A stretch of DNA of 63,738 nucleotides, counting the filler, from Octopus bimaculoides (Eukaryota): assembly GCF_001194135.2 (NCBI RefSeq). It is 8 parts of 7 records of this genome, joined end to end, with 100 filler letters (N's around TTAATTAATTAA, not from the genome) between each part and the next. Parts side by side here need not be neighbours in the genome. Positions count along the whole stretch, not along the records: positions 35,744 to 51,794 come from NC_068993.1; positions 51,895 to 54,047 come from NW_026375660.1; positions 54,148 to 59,727 come from NC_068990.1; positions 59,828 to 62,635 come from NW_026381537.1; positions 62,736 to 63,738 come from NC_068996.1; 3 more parts are not named here. One strand, 5' to 3'. Below, in pieces: positions 50,396-63,225 of this stretch. The notes beneath the pieces are model-generated. The model was not told the origin of the DNA, did no database searches, and saw only the letters and a list, made by a program, of their open reading frames with translations. A program made the position numbers and the translations under genes. Every line of letters begins with the position of its first letter. The stretch's first letter is position 1.

Positions 50396-50685
50396 ATTTA
50401 TGACAAATTCATGAAAATGCTTTTCACAAGCAAAGGCTCAAAGAAGTGCGACTGGCCATGTTACGAACTCGTGTTTTAAACGTTTGGACCTCAATGTTAG
50501 TATATGGTTCACCTAGGTTGTAACTCTGATTAACAGGTGGGCCCATGAGCTGTAAGAAATTGGCTGACAGGCAACGACCACACCGGAGCCTCGCCATCGA
50601 ATGTCTGTTAATGTAACGTCGCGGATTTAGTGCATATTAACGCATCACCGATGATAGCATGTCGATCTCACTGCGTACCGGGTGC

Positions 50686-50689
<4 letters not shown>

Positions 50690-50733
<44 letters not shown>

Positions 50734-50756
50734 TAATGATAATAATAATAATAATG

Positions 50757-50797
<41 letters not shown>
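50690..50797. repeat. (AAT)n microsatellite
   Basis: Directly visible. Confidence 0.97.
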
Positions 50798-50799
<2 letters not shown>

Positions 50800-51305
50800 C
50801 GAGAATATAAAATAAGTTTACTAAATGACTGTGTGTAACAGACTAAAATAACCACTTCATTGTTTTTCCGCATTTATTTATTTATTTATTTGTTTATTTA
50901 TTTATTTATTTATTTATTTCAAGACTAAAATCTCAAATAATTTGTTATTTAACAGAGGATAAAAACGTAATCCAACCAAAGTTACCAACATTTCGAACAT
51001 ACTAACATAACTAACAAAGAAAAAACAACCAAAAATAAAATAAAATAAAATAAAAAGAAACAAATAATAATAATGATAAAAATAAAGATAAAAATCAAAA
51101 TCCTGTGAGCTGGATAAATAACAACAACAACAACACTAAGGAATATGAAAACAATAAATTTAAAGAAAAAGTTATGTGAGCGGGGAGGAAATGTGCGTGA
51201 GAGAGAGAGAGAGAGAGGGGGGAGAGAGAGAGAGAGAGGGAGAGAGAAAGAGAGTGGAGAAGTGAGAGAGAGAGAAAGAAATAAACAGGTGACTGAGAGT
51301 GAGAA

Positions 51306-51352
<47 letters not shown>

Positions 51353-51379
51353 GAGAGAACAATTTTGAATGTATAAAAT

Positions 51380-51410
<31 letters not shown>

Positions 51411-51479
51411 ATATATATATATATATACATGCAGATATATACATACATATATATAGACATTTATATATATATGTAGATA

Positions 51480-51528
<49 letters not shown>

Positions 51529-51989
51529 GTGTATGTGTGTTTGTGTGTCAGTGCGTGAGTGTGTTTGTACGTATGTGTGTGTGCGTGTGTGTGCATGTAT
51601 GCATGTGTGTGTATATATATGTGTGCTTGTGTGAGTGTGTGTTTGTTAAATTGTAAAAAACAGTCTCAAACGCTCGAAACAAGTTAAGAAATTAGAAAAA
51701 AAAATCAAAGAAAACAAATCACCATGTAAAACAAATAAATGAAACAAAATAAAAAAACATAAATAAATAAATAAACAAGTGATTAACATTCAAANNNNNN
51801 NNNNNNNNNNNNNNNNNNNNNNNNNNNNNNNNNNNNNNTTAATTAATTAANNNNNNNNNNNNNNNNNNNNNNNNNNNNNNNNNNNNNNNNNNNNAACGCC
51901 TTATTACTCTGATATAAGAAAGCAATTTCGTTATAACTGCCACATTAAGTGTATTTTCCGTCACGAAAAAGTACAAAAACTGTCAGCTG

Positions 51990-52135
51990 GAGGTGGGAGA
52001 GATTGTTGGAGGATGGCGACAGAGGTTTTCGGAGGTTGGTGAGAAAGGTTGTCGGAGGTTGGCAAGAGAGATCATCGAAGGTTGTCTAGAGAGATTGTCG
52101 AGAGAGGAACTCGGAGGTTGGCGAGAGAGGTTGTC
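51990..52135. repeat. Degenerate purine-rich ~22-bp tandem repeat (GGAGGTTGGCGAGAGAGGTTGTC-like)
   Basis: Recurrent GGAGGTTGG, GAGAGAG and GGTTGTC motifs. Confidence 0.6.
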
Positions 52136-52559
52136 GTTCACAGAAAAACTATTGTTTTACCGTGAGAAAAGCGCTGCTGAAGTGTAAAGTGAAATTTGGC
52201 AACCGAGGATCGAATCCAGGCTATGCCTGCATGAAGCTACTACAAATGCGCTGTGGAAGAAAAAAATTTATCTAGTTATGGAGAAAGTGTAACTGTAAAA
52301 ATGCAGAATTATCGAAGTAATGAGCATTCAAAAACGTATGTACGTATAGATATGTATGAATGAAGAGATTCAAATTAAGGAAGTGCAATAAGAATGATTA
52401 GCAGTTCAAAACTGTGAGTAGTGAAATGCAGAATTAGGTCGACTGATTGTGAGAATCAAATATTGATCGCTTCGCTAAAAACTGCAGGTGGTATGGGTTA
52501 TTTCCCTTGGGTGTTTAAAAAAATTAGTTACATGAAGTAGATATAAAGGTCCCTTCCAG

Positions 52560-52729
52560 GGGCCGTATTATCGATTTTTTTTTCAGCAATCTAAGTATGT
52601 CACAAGGTTTCCAGACATGAGTTCTACTCACGTGTCAAGTTTCATCAAAATCAATAAGACAATGCAGGAGGAGTTAGATAACAACGTCACAAACAAACAC
52701 ACACCGATTTTCCGCATATGTAGTGTATA

Positions 52730-52730
<1 letters not shown>
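52560..52730 (+). mobile_element. Helentron/DINE-1-like (HINE) terminal fragment; second copy ~62440-62553
   Basis: GTCAAGTTTCATCAAAATC...ACAAACAAACAC...TATATGTAGTGTATAT and ACAAAGTTTGGTGAAGATTGG...GACAGACACAAACAGACAG...TTTTATAT fit the motif order of these termini. Confidence 0.4.
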
Positions 52731-52760
<30 letters not shown>

Positions 52761-52853
52761 GAGTGGGTGTGTATAAATATATACGCACGGAATCACATGC
52801 ACACAGTAATGCCTCGTTTAGCGCTCCAGGTACGTTCCTAAAATGTGCTACAC

Positions 52854-52975
52854 CAGTGGTTCCCAACCTTTTCAATACCAAGGACCCCTTTTATTTAAAT
52901 GAGTTTCTTCAAGGATTCCTAGTACTACCTTTGCAGACCACCAGAAGTCCTCGGACCACAGGTTGGGAACCACTA
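52854..52975. mobile_element. 122-bp hAT (Charlie-like) MITE
   Basis: TIRs CAGTGGTTCCCAACCT / AGGTTGGGAACCACTA, with an imperfect 8-bp TSD TGCTACAC / CGCTAGAC. Confidence 0.85.
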
Positions 52976-53402
52976 CGCTAGACGGTATCATTCCAACATT
53001 GTCGAAGTTGAGACATAAGCTATTTTTTTAATAGCGATACAAACGCAAATGGAGGTAACAGATATCGTCAAACACAGCGACTCGCTGTCACATCTTCCAA
53101 GTTTAAATTTCCTCATACAATATAATATCGTATTGCCATCCTGAGTAATAACATTAGTAAACGAGTTTCAGATATAATATTACTATCCATACAGAATTGA
53201 TATACTAACGTCAAAGAATAAATATACGGTAATTAAGAGCTCGATTAATAACAAATCGTTAAACTCCAATACGTTATTTATTGCAGTATATCCTAGTGGG
53301 ACCGGCTTCATAAGTATATATAATCGATTAAAGCGATTTTCAAAAACACTATATTTAGCCTAAGAGCAGAAAAGCGTAGATTTCACTTACAGTTCATATA
53401 TC

Positions 53403-53559
53403 AATTGTGCACGCCAGCTGTTTCATAGAGATGAACGCCACCAAATGTATCCTTACATTGTTGTGATAAATAATTTAATTAAAGTAAATAATGTATCACA
53501 ATTATGTAATTATACATTTGGTGGCGTGTATCTTAATGAAACACTCGTTGAGCACAATT
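53403..53559. repeat. 157-bp imperfect palindrome (66-bp arms, 25-nt AT loop)
   Basis: AATTGTGC...TGTTTCAT...CGCCACCAAATGTAT..TTACAT..TTGTGATA is mirrored on the right arm. Confidence 0.85.
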
Positions 53560-54147
53560 AAAAATGTAATGTAGAAAAATATGTAACATGAAATTGAACA
53601 ACTTTAATTACGTGCACACAGCTCTACTCATTTTCATTCTGTTGAAAAACAGCCGTCTGAAATAAGGAAATGGCAGCTATACTGGAAATTAGAGCTCAAG
53701 TTGCCTTTCTTCATCACACATAGGCTGCTTTCTGAAGAATACATCTAAAACGTCAGCGTTTCCTTGAGTTTTCTGTCATTAAGCAATTTACGTAGGGTAT
53801 CATATTCAGAATACTTTTCTATGCCTCACTGACTCCCAGTCAGCCCATCCTCAGTAAATTGGTTCTTGATTTTTATAATCTTGGTGATGTTATTACTGAG
53901 GAATTCAGTTGGGAAGATACTTTCTAGTGTTACTGGCTCTACAGTAGGTGTTTTCAGGCTCATTTTGGGTGTGTTAATGTGCTCGCTCTTGTTGATCTAC
54001 TGACTCTCCGAAATACTCCACTTTGATATTTTGAATTCTCCCTTCATNNNNNNNNNNNNNNNNNNNNNNNNNNNNNNNNNNNNNNNNNNNNTTAATTAAT
54101 TAANNNNNNNNNNNNNNNNNNNNNNNNNNNNNNNNNNNNNNNNNNNN

Positions 54148-54210
<63 letters not shown>

Positions 54211-57200
54211 GATAGATATGGATGTATGTGTATATGTATGTGTGTGTGTATTTAGATATGTATATGTATGTATATATAGTTATGGTTATATTTGGTGGGT
54301 GCTTATTTACATATATGTATATATACTGGAACGTATATGCCTGGAGAGAGGCTCTTACGTATGCATTTTGTCTTCGTGCGCGTGTATTTATGTGTGTGTA
54401 TCGAACGGATGATTCTATATCCTTTATATCCGGTATATAATTTTTGTTTATCTAATTTTGCATTCATTGTCATATTCGTAAGCATATTTCATGATTATTT
54501 GCAAACAACGTACAGCTAAGTTCAAATATTTTACTGAAAGTTTTCTTTATCATATATAATATTCAGCACACCTTATTTTAGTATGTCGTCTGCCTGTAAC
54601 TGAAAACACACAGAGAGCAATAATACTATTAAATTTGGTTTTACTTCTTGCTTATAATATATCTTAGTCTGTATTTATGCTTACAGAAATGATACCTAGT
54701 TTGAGAATGTAATCTTCAAACATCTGTGCATGAAATAAAAAGAAATACCACAAAATGAAACACAGCAATATAAATGTCTGAGGTATTGGAGAAAACAGCA
54801 GGCACATGCAGTTTTTGAACTGTGTCAAAACCTTAACTAGCCAAATGTGTTGAATAGGAATAAGTAGAGTTAGTGGTTAGGGAGAATGGGTGGAAGACAA
54901 AATGCATTGGCAATAGTCTCTGAAAACATTAAATACTTGGAAACTATCCAAAGAAAAACAGAGATAAAAAAAAATAATCTCTCATCTTTTGTATACGTAC
55001 ATACTCACATATAATACAAACACAAACATATACATACATGGATACCTTTATACATGTCTACATGATACATGACACATGCATGTATATATGTATGTAGATG
55101 TATGCAGGCATATATGTCTGCGTGAGAGAGAGAAAATATAGGCAGAAAGAAAGAAAGAAACAAACAAACAAACAAAGAAAGAAAAGAAAAGAAAAGAAAG
55201 AATGCAGAGACAGAGACAGAGACGGAGAAATCTAGCAAAAACTGCCGGAGGACATTTTCATTGCAGTTGTCGGAACATTGCCAGCATGACGCCATTGAAG
55301 GCTTCATCATTCTTTAAATTATATTTCAGTATTCACTGTTTGTTTATTGTAAGAAATGAGATATAATGTGATAGGAAGAGGGAAAGAAATATTGATAGAA
55401 TGAAAGGAAGAGCGTTGAAAAGCCTAAACTGCAATGAGAGGAATGTAATGTATGAAAATTCAGAATGAAACGAAGTCTATAGGAGAAAGTATGCGACAAA
55501 ACACACAAGTAAAGCAGAAATAAAGAAATACACATTTACTTTTATTCTCCCAAAACTAGAGGACTGGGTGTTTAAGATATTAGGAAACCGCCTGAGCTCA
55601 GCTATAGCTTTGCTTTGTAAATATGTAATTCCGATCCTACTGTAAGGTTCCATATGTAAGTGTATTCTACCATAGCCTTCGCCGAGCAAAGTCTCTCAAA
55701 TGAAATTGGTAGTTGGAAGCAACTGTGTAAAACCTCGGTGAAGTGACCGTTCTTGTACTTGGGTGGTAAATTTAAACCGTTGCCTTGTTTAACACCTGAA
55801 GCTGGGTGCCTTTAGCCAGTCCCAGACTTTAGTATGAGAACGTATACCCTTCAGTCATGTTACGCTTTTTCTATTTGATTAAAGCATTATAATCAACATT
55901 AATTTTACAAATTTGAATTGGGGATGGCGTTGATGCAAATATTTCATTGTCGCTGAAAGTCATTACAGTGAATTTTGCATGTCGAAATTTCAGAAGGAAA
56001 CCGGTAGATTGTTGCCGTCGTTTAGCTCGATATCATCCTCGAAGGAGTAAATTTATGATCACAGGCATTCCAGCTATGACCGCTTCGTGTTGTTGTATAT
56101 CAAAGACTGTATTATCTAATGAATACTTTGCATTTCTCATAATGTTTCAAAACGGTTTATTTTAAAGAACATTTTAACATTAAAGTGACTGTGTGGCGGC
56201 TCTACTTTGTCTCACCAGATTCCTGAACTAACAGCTGTTAGATTGTTTAATATATTCATCATATGAAGCGAACTTGGCCTACAGTGTACTTCATTAAAAG
56301 CAATAAAGAGCTTGGTGTGGGGGTTAAAGCATAGTGACGAAATAGCAGTCTGTGACATATGCAATGCGACTAAGGCCCAACCTGATAATAATTAATGACT
56401 TAATCCACTTTACTGTAAAGTTAGATTGGAAAGTAGATAGCTTAATGCAACAGGCAGTAAAGCTAATGAACACTTAATTAGCTGTCATTTTAGGTTAAAA
56501 TCGACCTCTCTGTATAGCATACATATGAACAGGAACCACCAGGTAATTGAAATCTTCAGTGGTCATGGTTTCAGGAAGTCACCGATGTTTGAACTCACTA
56601 GAGAAAATTTGACATTATTACTGCTGTACAGTCTAGGTTGAGCAGACCTAATATTAAAAGCATTTCTGCTCTAAGTACACTTTCGTATCTGAATATGAAG
56701 AGCTAAGGTGTGATTTTTAGGTGACAAGGCTGCTATATCTAGATTGATCTCTGCATAAAACATTGCTGATTTGTAGCAGAGTTGTTAATATAATGATGGC
56801 CTGGCAAATGAATTCTAAATTTATATTCCGTGGCATATATGCCTTTGTGCGCTGAGAAAGGTAATTCTATTTAATTTACCAAACAAAACTAGTGATGCGT
56901 AAATGTTATAACTAAATGATTAAAAAAAAGTGGAATTCAGCTCCTAATAGGAAGATTTAGCTTGCGGGGTTTGAAGTTTTAAGATTTTATGTCAAATAGA
57001 TTTTAAGTAACTGTTTGGTTTTAGAATTATACTTCATAATATTCTGCTTGTTAACATAAAATATTCTATTCGTTTGCTGAGACAAATACAGACATATAAC
57101 CAAACATATATAGATACAGAGTTAATAGTAGCCACTGGTGATTAAAAACAAAAATGCTAGTTTTATATAATTAATAAAATAAGTTTGTTTTTCACTCTAT

Positions 57201-58309
57201 GTCTTCGTGTGTTACACTTTCAAAAACCTTAATTATTGAAAATATTAAAAACATAATCCAAATCTTCAATGAAGCTACATTGCCTCAAAATGTAAATGCG
57301 ATTTATAGAACGCAGTGTGTCTTGCGACTCCCCCTAGTAATCATAGCACGGAATTATAACAATGTTAGCGGTGATATTAATGGGATGCAAGAATTACCTT
57401 CGTTTAGGGAATGTGACAGTGTTTTTTGCGTAAATTCCGAATTAAACACATAAGTCCCTAAAAAAAGGTTTTGTATATAATTAATCAAAATATCAATATT
57501 TCTTGCAGCACCTTAGGATTATTGGTGGTGAGATCCTTGCCTGGGAAGCTATGGTACAGTTACTTGTACAGGTATCAGTACTTGAATAGCACCCGTTTTT
57601 TATTAACTGTGGAAGAATGAATGAGAAAGTTAACATTGGTCGAATAATTTTGGTAGAATGAAAACTCATAATTTAAATCGTGGATTATCCATTGGTCATT
57701 CAGATATGTATTCAGTTGTTCGGACAACTGAATTTCTGTTCGTGGAATTAACAAGTAAACAAGTGAGTGCTACATATACATTTTTGATGCAATTCTAACA
57801 TCGTAAAAATTTCACACTTTGCGACGATGTTGTACCATTAAAGTACAGGTACACTCTCAAGACAGAGAGAGGGGGTGAGAGAAAGAGAGAGGTGGAATGA
57901 GAGAGTGAGAGAGAAGAAACAATAATAGTAATTCAATATCACTTCATTTATCGAGCCTAAATTTACGAATGATAAGACGGCAGACTTTGAACTCAGTACG
58001 CTGAGATCTAGAAGAGTATTACACTGCATATTTGGGGGTTTCTGAAAGTTTTTTCAAATTCCTCATATTTATCATGTTTAAATAATTATTTCTAACACAG
58101 GCACAAGTCTGGCATTGCGCCAGACTCCACTACTGAGGCATCAAATTTGCGTTCATTTCCTCATGTCTCAGGGTACGCACGTTAACGTGACAACGTGACT
58201 TTGATCTTAGCGTTAAAGAATTGGTCAAGGACCCATTATGCTGCGGGTGCGGTTGTTGCTATGTTCAGAGCAAACCATCATATGTTGTAGACGATTATAT
58301 CAGTCAACG

Positions 58310-58475
58310 CCCGCTTAGCTGATTGGCCCTTACGTTCTGAGTTCAAATTCCGCAGGGATCAGCTTTGCTTTCATACTTACGAAGTCGATAAAGTAAGTAT
58401 CATCTAAGTACTGGGCCTGATGTAATCGATTTATTCCTCCGACAGAAATTGCTACCTTGTGCCAAAATCTGAAAC

Positions 58476-58480
<5 letters not shown>
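58310..58480 (+). mobile_element. Deu/Nin-like SINE; another fragment at ~59610-59720 (-)
   Basis: TACGTTCTGAGTTCAAATTCCGC...GTCGATAAAGTAAGTA...CCTTGTGCCAAAATCTGAAACC(ATT)n. Confidence 0.75.
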
Positions 58481-58514
<34 letters not shown>

Positions 58515-58524
58515 GTTGTTGTTG

Positions 58525-58940
58525 TTGTTGCTTTTTTTCTTCTTTCTACAAATTTTCTTCCATTTCTCGCCGAGTGTTTTCCGTACACCTAGGGCAGAGA
58601 AACTAATTGTATGCATTCCCAGTTTACACACGCAAATTCACAGGTAAAATATGTATTTTAAAAAAAATTAATTAATAAATAAATTCATGAATGGATGTTG
58701 TTTTTACAGCGATAATGTTCCTCTCAGTACATAAGTCGTTCCAGCTAACACGACTTTTGCACTTCCTGTAGGGATGGTAAGCCTACTATCATTCTCAAAT
58801 AGGTTTCAGTACCTTTTTTTATCATTCCTAGAGATCCTACAATTTCTATTAGCAAGTCTTTATATTTACTGATCTTGTCAAATTCTTTCCCCGCTATATT
58901 GTGATCGAAAGGAATATTCTTGTCAATTAATAAACACACC
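58525..58940 (-). mobile_element. R4/Dong-like element 3' portion (RLE C-terminus, 3' UTR, (AAC/AAT)n tail)
   Basis: NIPFDHNIAGKEFDKISKYKDLLIEI...VGSLGMIKKGTETYL...LPSLQEVQK, followed by the same UTR as 3105-3338. Confidence 0.8.
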
Positions 58941-59051
58941 TTTTTTTGTCTGATCTTCTATAATAATATCCGGTTTATTAGTTTTTATAGTTTTGTCGGT
59001 ATGTACGGGGAAGTCCCAGAGAATCGACACATTTTCTCACTCAGGATGGTG

Positions 59052-59088
<37 letters not shown>

Positions 59089-59827
59089 TGTGGGTATGCT
59101 CTAAACTTTTGTTTGATTTCTTTTCAAGCGTTTAAAGATAACAGAACTCTTTACTTTCAAAGGACGCCTCTAGGGCTACTCTCTTTTCTTGCTGCTAACT
59201 CGTATTGCTGCACAAAGTAGAAGAAAACATATTGAAATTATTTTCTAAACTAAATAAAATTTCAGAGAAAATTAAGAGGATCTTTCAAACAGACTTTCTG
59301 TCTGCCTCAGGTATTGATGGAAACGTGCTGAATTTTCGGCGTCTTTGTTTGTAAAGTAATCTGAAGTGCATTAATTTCCATTCGGTAGAACAGTCATTCA
59401 AAGATTTTCGGATAATTTTGTAACTTCTTTCTACATATCAAATTACTACAGCTGTTACTGCTGCTGCTGCTGCCCCTACCACTACTAATAATAATGCTAC
59501 TACTACTGCTGCTGCTGCTGCTGTTGCTACTACTAAAACTACTACTAATACTAATAATAGCAACAAAAGCAACAACAATAACGACAATAACAATATTGAT
59601 AATAATAATCCTTTTTACTATGGGCACGAGGCCTGGAATTTGCGGTGAGGGGGGCTAGTCGATTAAATCGACCCCAGTGCCTAACTGGTACTTATATCTT
59701 CGACTCCAAAAGGATGAAAAAAAAAAANNNNNNNNNNNNNNNNNNNNNNNNNNNNNNNNNNNNNNNNNNNNTTAATTAATTAANNNNNNNNNNNNNNNNN
59801 NNNNNNNNNNNNNNNNNNNNNNNNNNN

Positions 59828-59863
<36 letters not shown>

Positions 59864-60146
59864 TTACTTTATATAGTAGTGATATAATTAGACCTGAAGA
59901 AATAGTTTTTTCAGAATCTTCCAATACCTTACTTGAAACAAGCATAGTTTTTAGATCCTTCATTCATCTGTGTGATGTTATGTCTTGAGAGGTGCTTTTT
60001 GTTAGTGATATAGTGTATTTCCTTTGCTCTAAACCATTAACCATCGTTTTTGATGTCCAGTGAATGTCTATAATTTCATAGATTAGAACAATTAAAAGAT
60101 TTTATTTATCTATTCATTTTATACTCTTTCTTTCTTTTTTTTTCAG

Positions 60147-60271
60147 CCAACAGTTGGAATGTTTGACCAACAGTACAAGAGGTGGCTGTTCATCAGCAGC
60201 TGCTGTGCAAAGTGTAATGAATACAACATCAAAAACTATGTATAATGCTTGGTTTTTACCTGTAAACTGTA
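60147..60271 (+). CDS. Candidate isolated internal coding exon (41 aa, Cys-containing), parent gene unidentified
   Basis: A long polypyrimidine tract + CAG acceptor and a GTAAGT donor flank an open frame QQLECLTNSTRGGCSSAAAVQSVMNTTSKTMYNAWFLPVNC. No family recognised. Confidence 0.45.
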
Positions 60272-60796
60272 GTAAGTATTACCTGACAGAAATGTGTGTG
60301 CAAAGCCACCAAATTGGGATCAGATTACTACTCCAAGGGTTAGCTATGTATATTCTACATTTTGTGGAGGATATTCATAGTTTGCCTTTTGACAGGTAGT
60401 TTGGTACAGTTTTTGCCCTGTTGTTTTTGTTGTATCCATGTTCAACCATTTAGAATAAATGAATGACCTAGTTCACTTTGTTATATCCATGGCCAACACA
60501 CTTAGCATACCTAAACAGCCCAGTCAACTTTGTTGTATCTATGGCCAATGCATATGAATTTAATGAATGGTGTAATCTATTTTGCTATATAAATAATCAG
60601 TGTAAGTACTATTTCATTGACATCTGGTTTGCATAGAATGCTAATTCAAAACCTCTTACATAGGTCATTTTCAAAGGTATTGTCTCGAAACTTGCTTGCA
60701 CTAGTTACACTACATGGAGGTTAAGTTCATCACCTGAATAAACATTTCCTTTTTAAAGTAACTTCTGGGAAATATATATTTTTTTTTTAAGTTTAA

Positions 60797-61119
60797 TTTT
60801 TCTTGAAGAAACACTCAATGCTCCCTCCTCCATCTCACATACCCATCACCTACCTGCTTTCAAAAAGCTAAAATCACCCGATGTTTCACTTTCATCTGAT
60901 GTTTCATGTATGCGTAGAATTGTACTGAAATAGCAGATGTAAAAAATATTAAAACACCACCAGAAAACCTGACATGCTAGAAACCACTGGTAAATGAAGA
61001 AACTTCTCCGCTTTCCAAAAAGCTAAAAGTGAGACATTGGGTGTTTGTAGCTTTTTAAAAGTGGTGAGATGATGGGTGGATGTTTGGGAAGGAGATTTTA
61101 GTGTTTCTTTAAGAAAAAA
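60797..61119. mobile_element. ~320-bp MITE-like element with ~95-bp diverged inverted arms
   Basis: TTTTTCTTGAAGAAACACT...TTTCAAAAAGCTAAAATCACCCGATGTTTCACTTT (60797-60892) versus the reverse complement of 61025-61119. Confidence 0.65.
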
Positions 61120-61737
61120 GAAAGAAGAAAATTCTTAAAGATTTGTACTCTGCTTTTTTTTTTCTCTGTATATTAAGCAAGAAAAGAATTAAAAAAAAAA
61201 AAATTTAGAAATTGGGATAGAGAGGGAGAAAATCAAAATATTGAAAACTTGTTTTTTGGATGAAATCCTAATCTCCTGTATTGAAAATATAGGAATTGGA
61301 AGAAATTTAGAAAAAAAATTGGGGTGGGGGGCGCAAATGTCACCTTGGACATGCTAGAAACAACAGGCAAAGTACAGAATTTTTGGGAGAACTTCCTTTT
61401 TAAATTTATATCGAAGACAGGTTTTTAAATACACTCAAAACAAACATGAATTACAGAACAGAAAAAAGTGATTTCAATTAGATTTCAGCTGTAATTTTGT
61501 GCATGGAAATAGCAAGAAATAACATAATTCATACAGACGTTTTATCTAGAGTGTGTGTGGGTGTGAGTGTGTCTGCCAAAAGAAGTTATTTTAAGGCATT
61601 CTTTTATTTGAAGCAGAAAAGTTATCAACTCGATGATATGGTCGATCATATAGGATCATATGCTTGTTTGTTAATTTCCACAAAAAATTTTATTTCTATA
61701 TGCTTTGAAGAGAGCAGAAAGTGAAAGATGTATGGAC

Positions 61738-61775
<38 letters not shown>

Positions 61776-62769
61776 GTGTGAGTGAGTGAAGGTGTGTGTT
61801 GTCATGTATGTGTAAGGGGCACTCACTTGCTTACTCTTTCTCTCATACACATGCACACACACATCTTTCATATACATGTCCATAAATACATATGCATACA
61901 TCTTTTTAGCATGCATACGAGATAGAAAGCGAGTGACTGTATTTCCTCAACATATAGAGAATTGGATGTCCTTTAAGGTATACACTCATATAGAAAATGT
62001 GATGTCATCATCATCATGGTATAAAATGTCGTTTAGGCTAGTTGAATTATAGAACGGTTGTAATGTTAAATTTTGGTAATGCATATAAGTAAATAACATT
62101 AAAGTTTACTTGTTAGCTGAAAATTACTAAATCTTTTCATACCCCATACATCAAAATTGGCAAATCAGCTTTCAAATGCATAAGGAAGATACACACACAC
62201 ACACACACACATACAAACTCCCTTTTATATATATGGAAGTGTCTCTCTCTATCTCTCACACTCCCAGTGTGTCTATCTTTTCTTGTCTCCTCCCCTTCCC
62301 TGATATCAACCACCCACATTATGCCACATTTCCTGGAATGTAACACTTTTGCACACCTCTTGTTTCATCACGTAATAGTCCAACTCTCATAGTTGGCCAA
62401 TTATCAATTTTTATTGAAATCCAATTAGCCTATGATTGAACTGGATGTTAGTTCAGCATGTATACAAAGTTTGGTGAAGATTGGTTTCCTGGTTTAAGCG
62501 GCAAGATGGTAACAGATGGACAGACACAAACAGACAGAAATTGCCTTTTATATGTGGTGATCCCCTTCGGTCATGAATGACCATGTCTCTTCACTCTCGA
62601 CATCCAGAGCCTTTACACGGTGATCCCTCACCACGNNNNNNNNNNNNNNNNNNNNNNNNNNNNNNNNNNNNNNNNNNNNTTAATTAATTAANNNNNNNNN
62701 NNNNNNNNNNNNNNNNNNNNNNNNNNNNNNNNNNNATATATATATATATATATATATATAGTACTACCT

Positions 62770-62972
62770 GACTGGCCTTCGTGCGGTGGATACGTAAAAG
62801 CACCCACTACACTGTCTGAGTAGTTGGCGTTAGGAAGGGCATCCAGATGTAGAAACTATGCCAAATCAGATTGGAGCCTGGTGTTGCCATCCGGTTTCAC
62901 CAGTCCTCAGTCAAATCGTCCAACCCATGCTAGTATGGAAAGCGGACGTTAAACGATGATGATGATGATGAT
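62770..62972 (+). mobile_element. RTE-tail SINE 3' part ending in (GAT)n
   Basis: AGCACCCACTACACT...TTGGCGTTAGGAAGGGCATCCAG...CAGTCCTCAGTCAAATCGTCCAACCCATGCTAG.ATGGAAAGCGGACGTTAAACGATGATG. Confidence 0.85.
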
Positions 62973-62984
62973 GCTTGTGTGCCC

Positions 62985-63225
62985 ATCTGGCTTGTGTGCC
63001 CACCAGATTGATAGGTGAACAGGTGTCTGGTAGGTTTCCTGAAGTTAGAATTGCAGATCATAAGGTCATTTGTGTCACAGAACTCCAGCAGCCTGGTTCC
63101 CTTCTCACTGTGGTAACCAAATCCATTGCCATCATGCACACCATGGAAGCCACTCAGATGTTGTCCAACATGTCAATTGAAGTCACTGGCCACAAAGAGA
63201 AGGTCACTGTCATTTGTTGATGAGG
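62985..63225 (-). pseudogene. RTE-clade APE endonuclease fragment
   Basis: LLFVASDFNGHVGQHLSGFHGVHDGNGFGYHSEKGTRLLEFCDTNDLMICNSNFRKPTRHLFTYQSGGHTSQ. Confidence 0.85.

Noticed and set aside
57509-57571. Exon-like segment encoding HLRIIGGEILAWEAMVQLLVQ (trypsin-like RIIGG)
   Set aside because: It runs directly into a degenerate SINE body, has a weak donor (GTATCA), and no His/Asp/Ser protease exons are visible. Likely chance.
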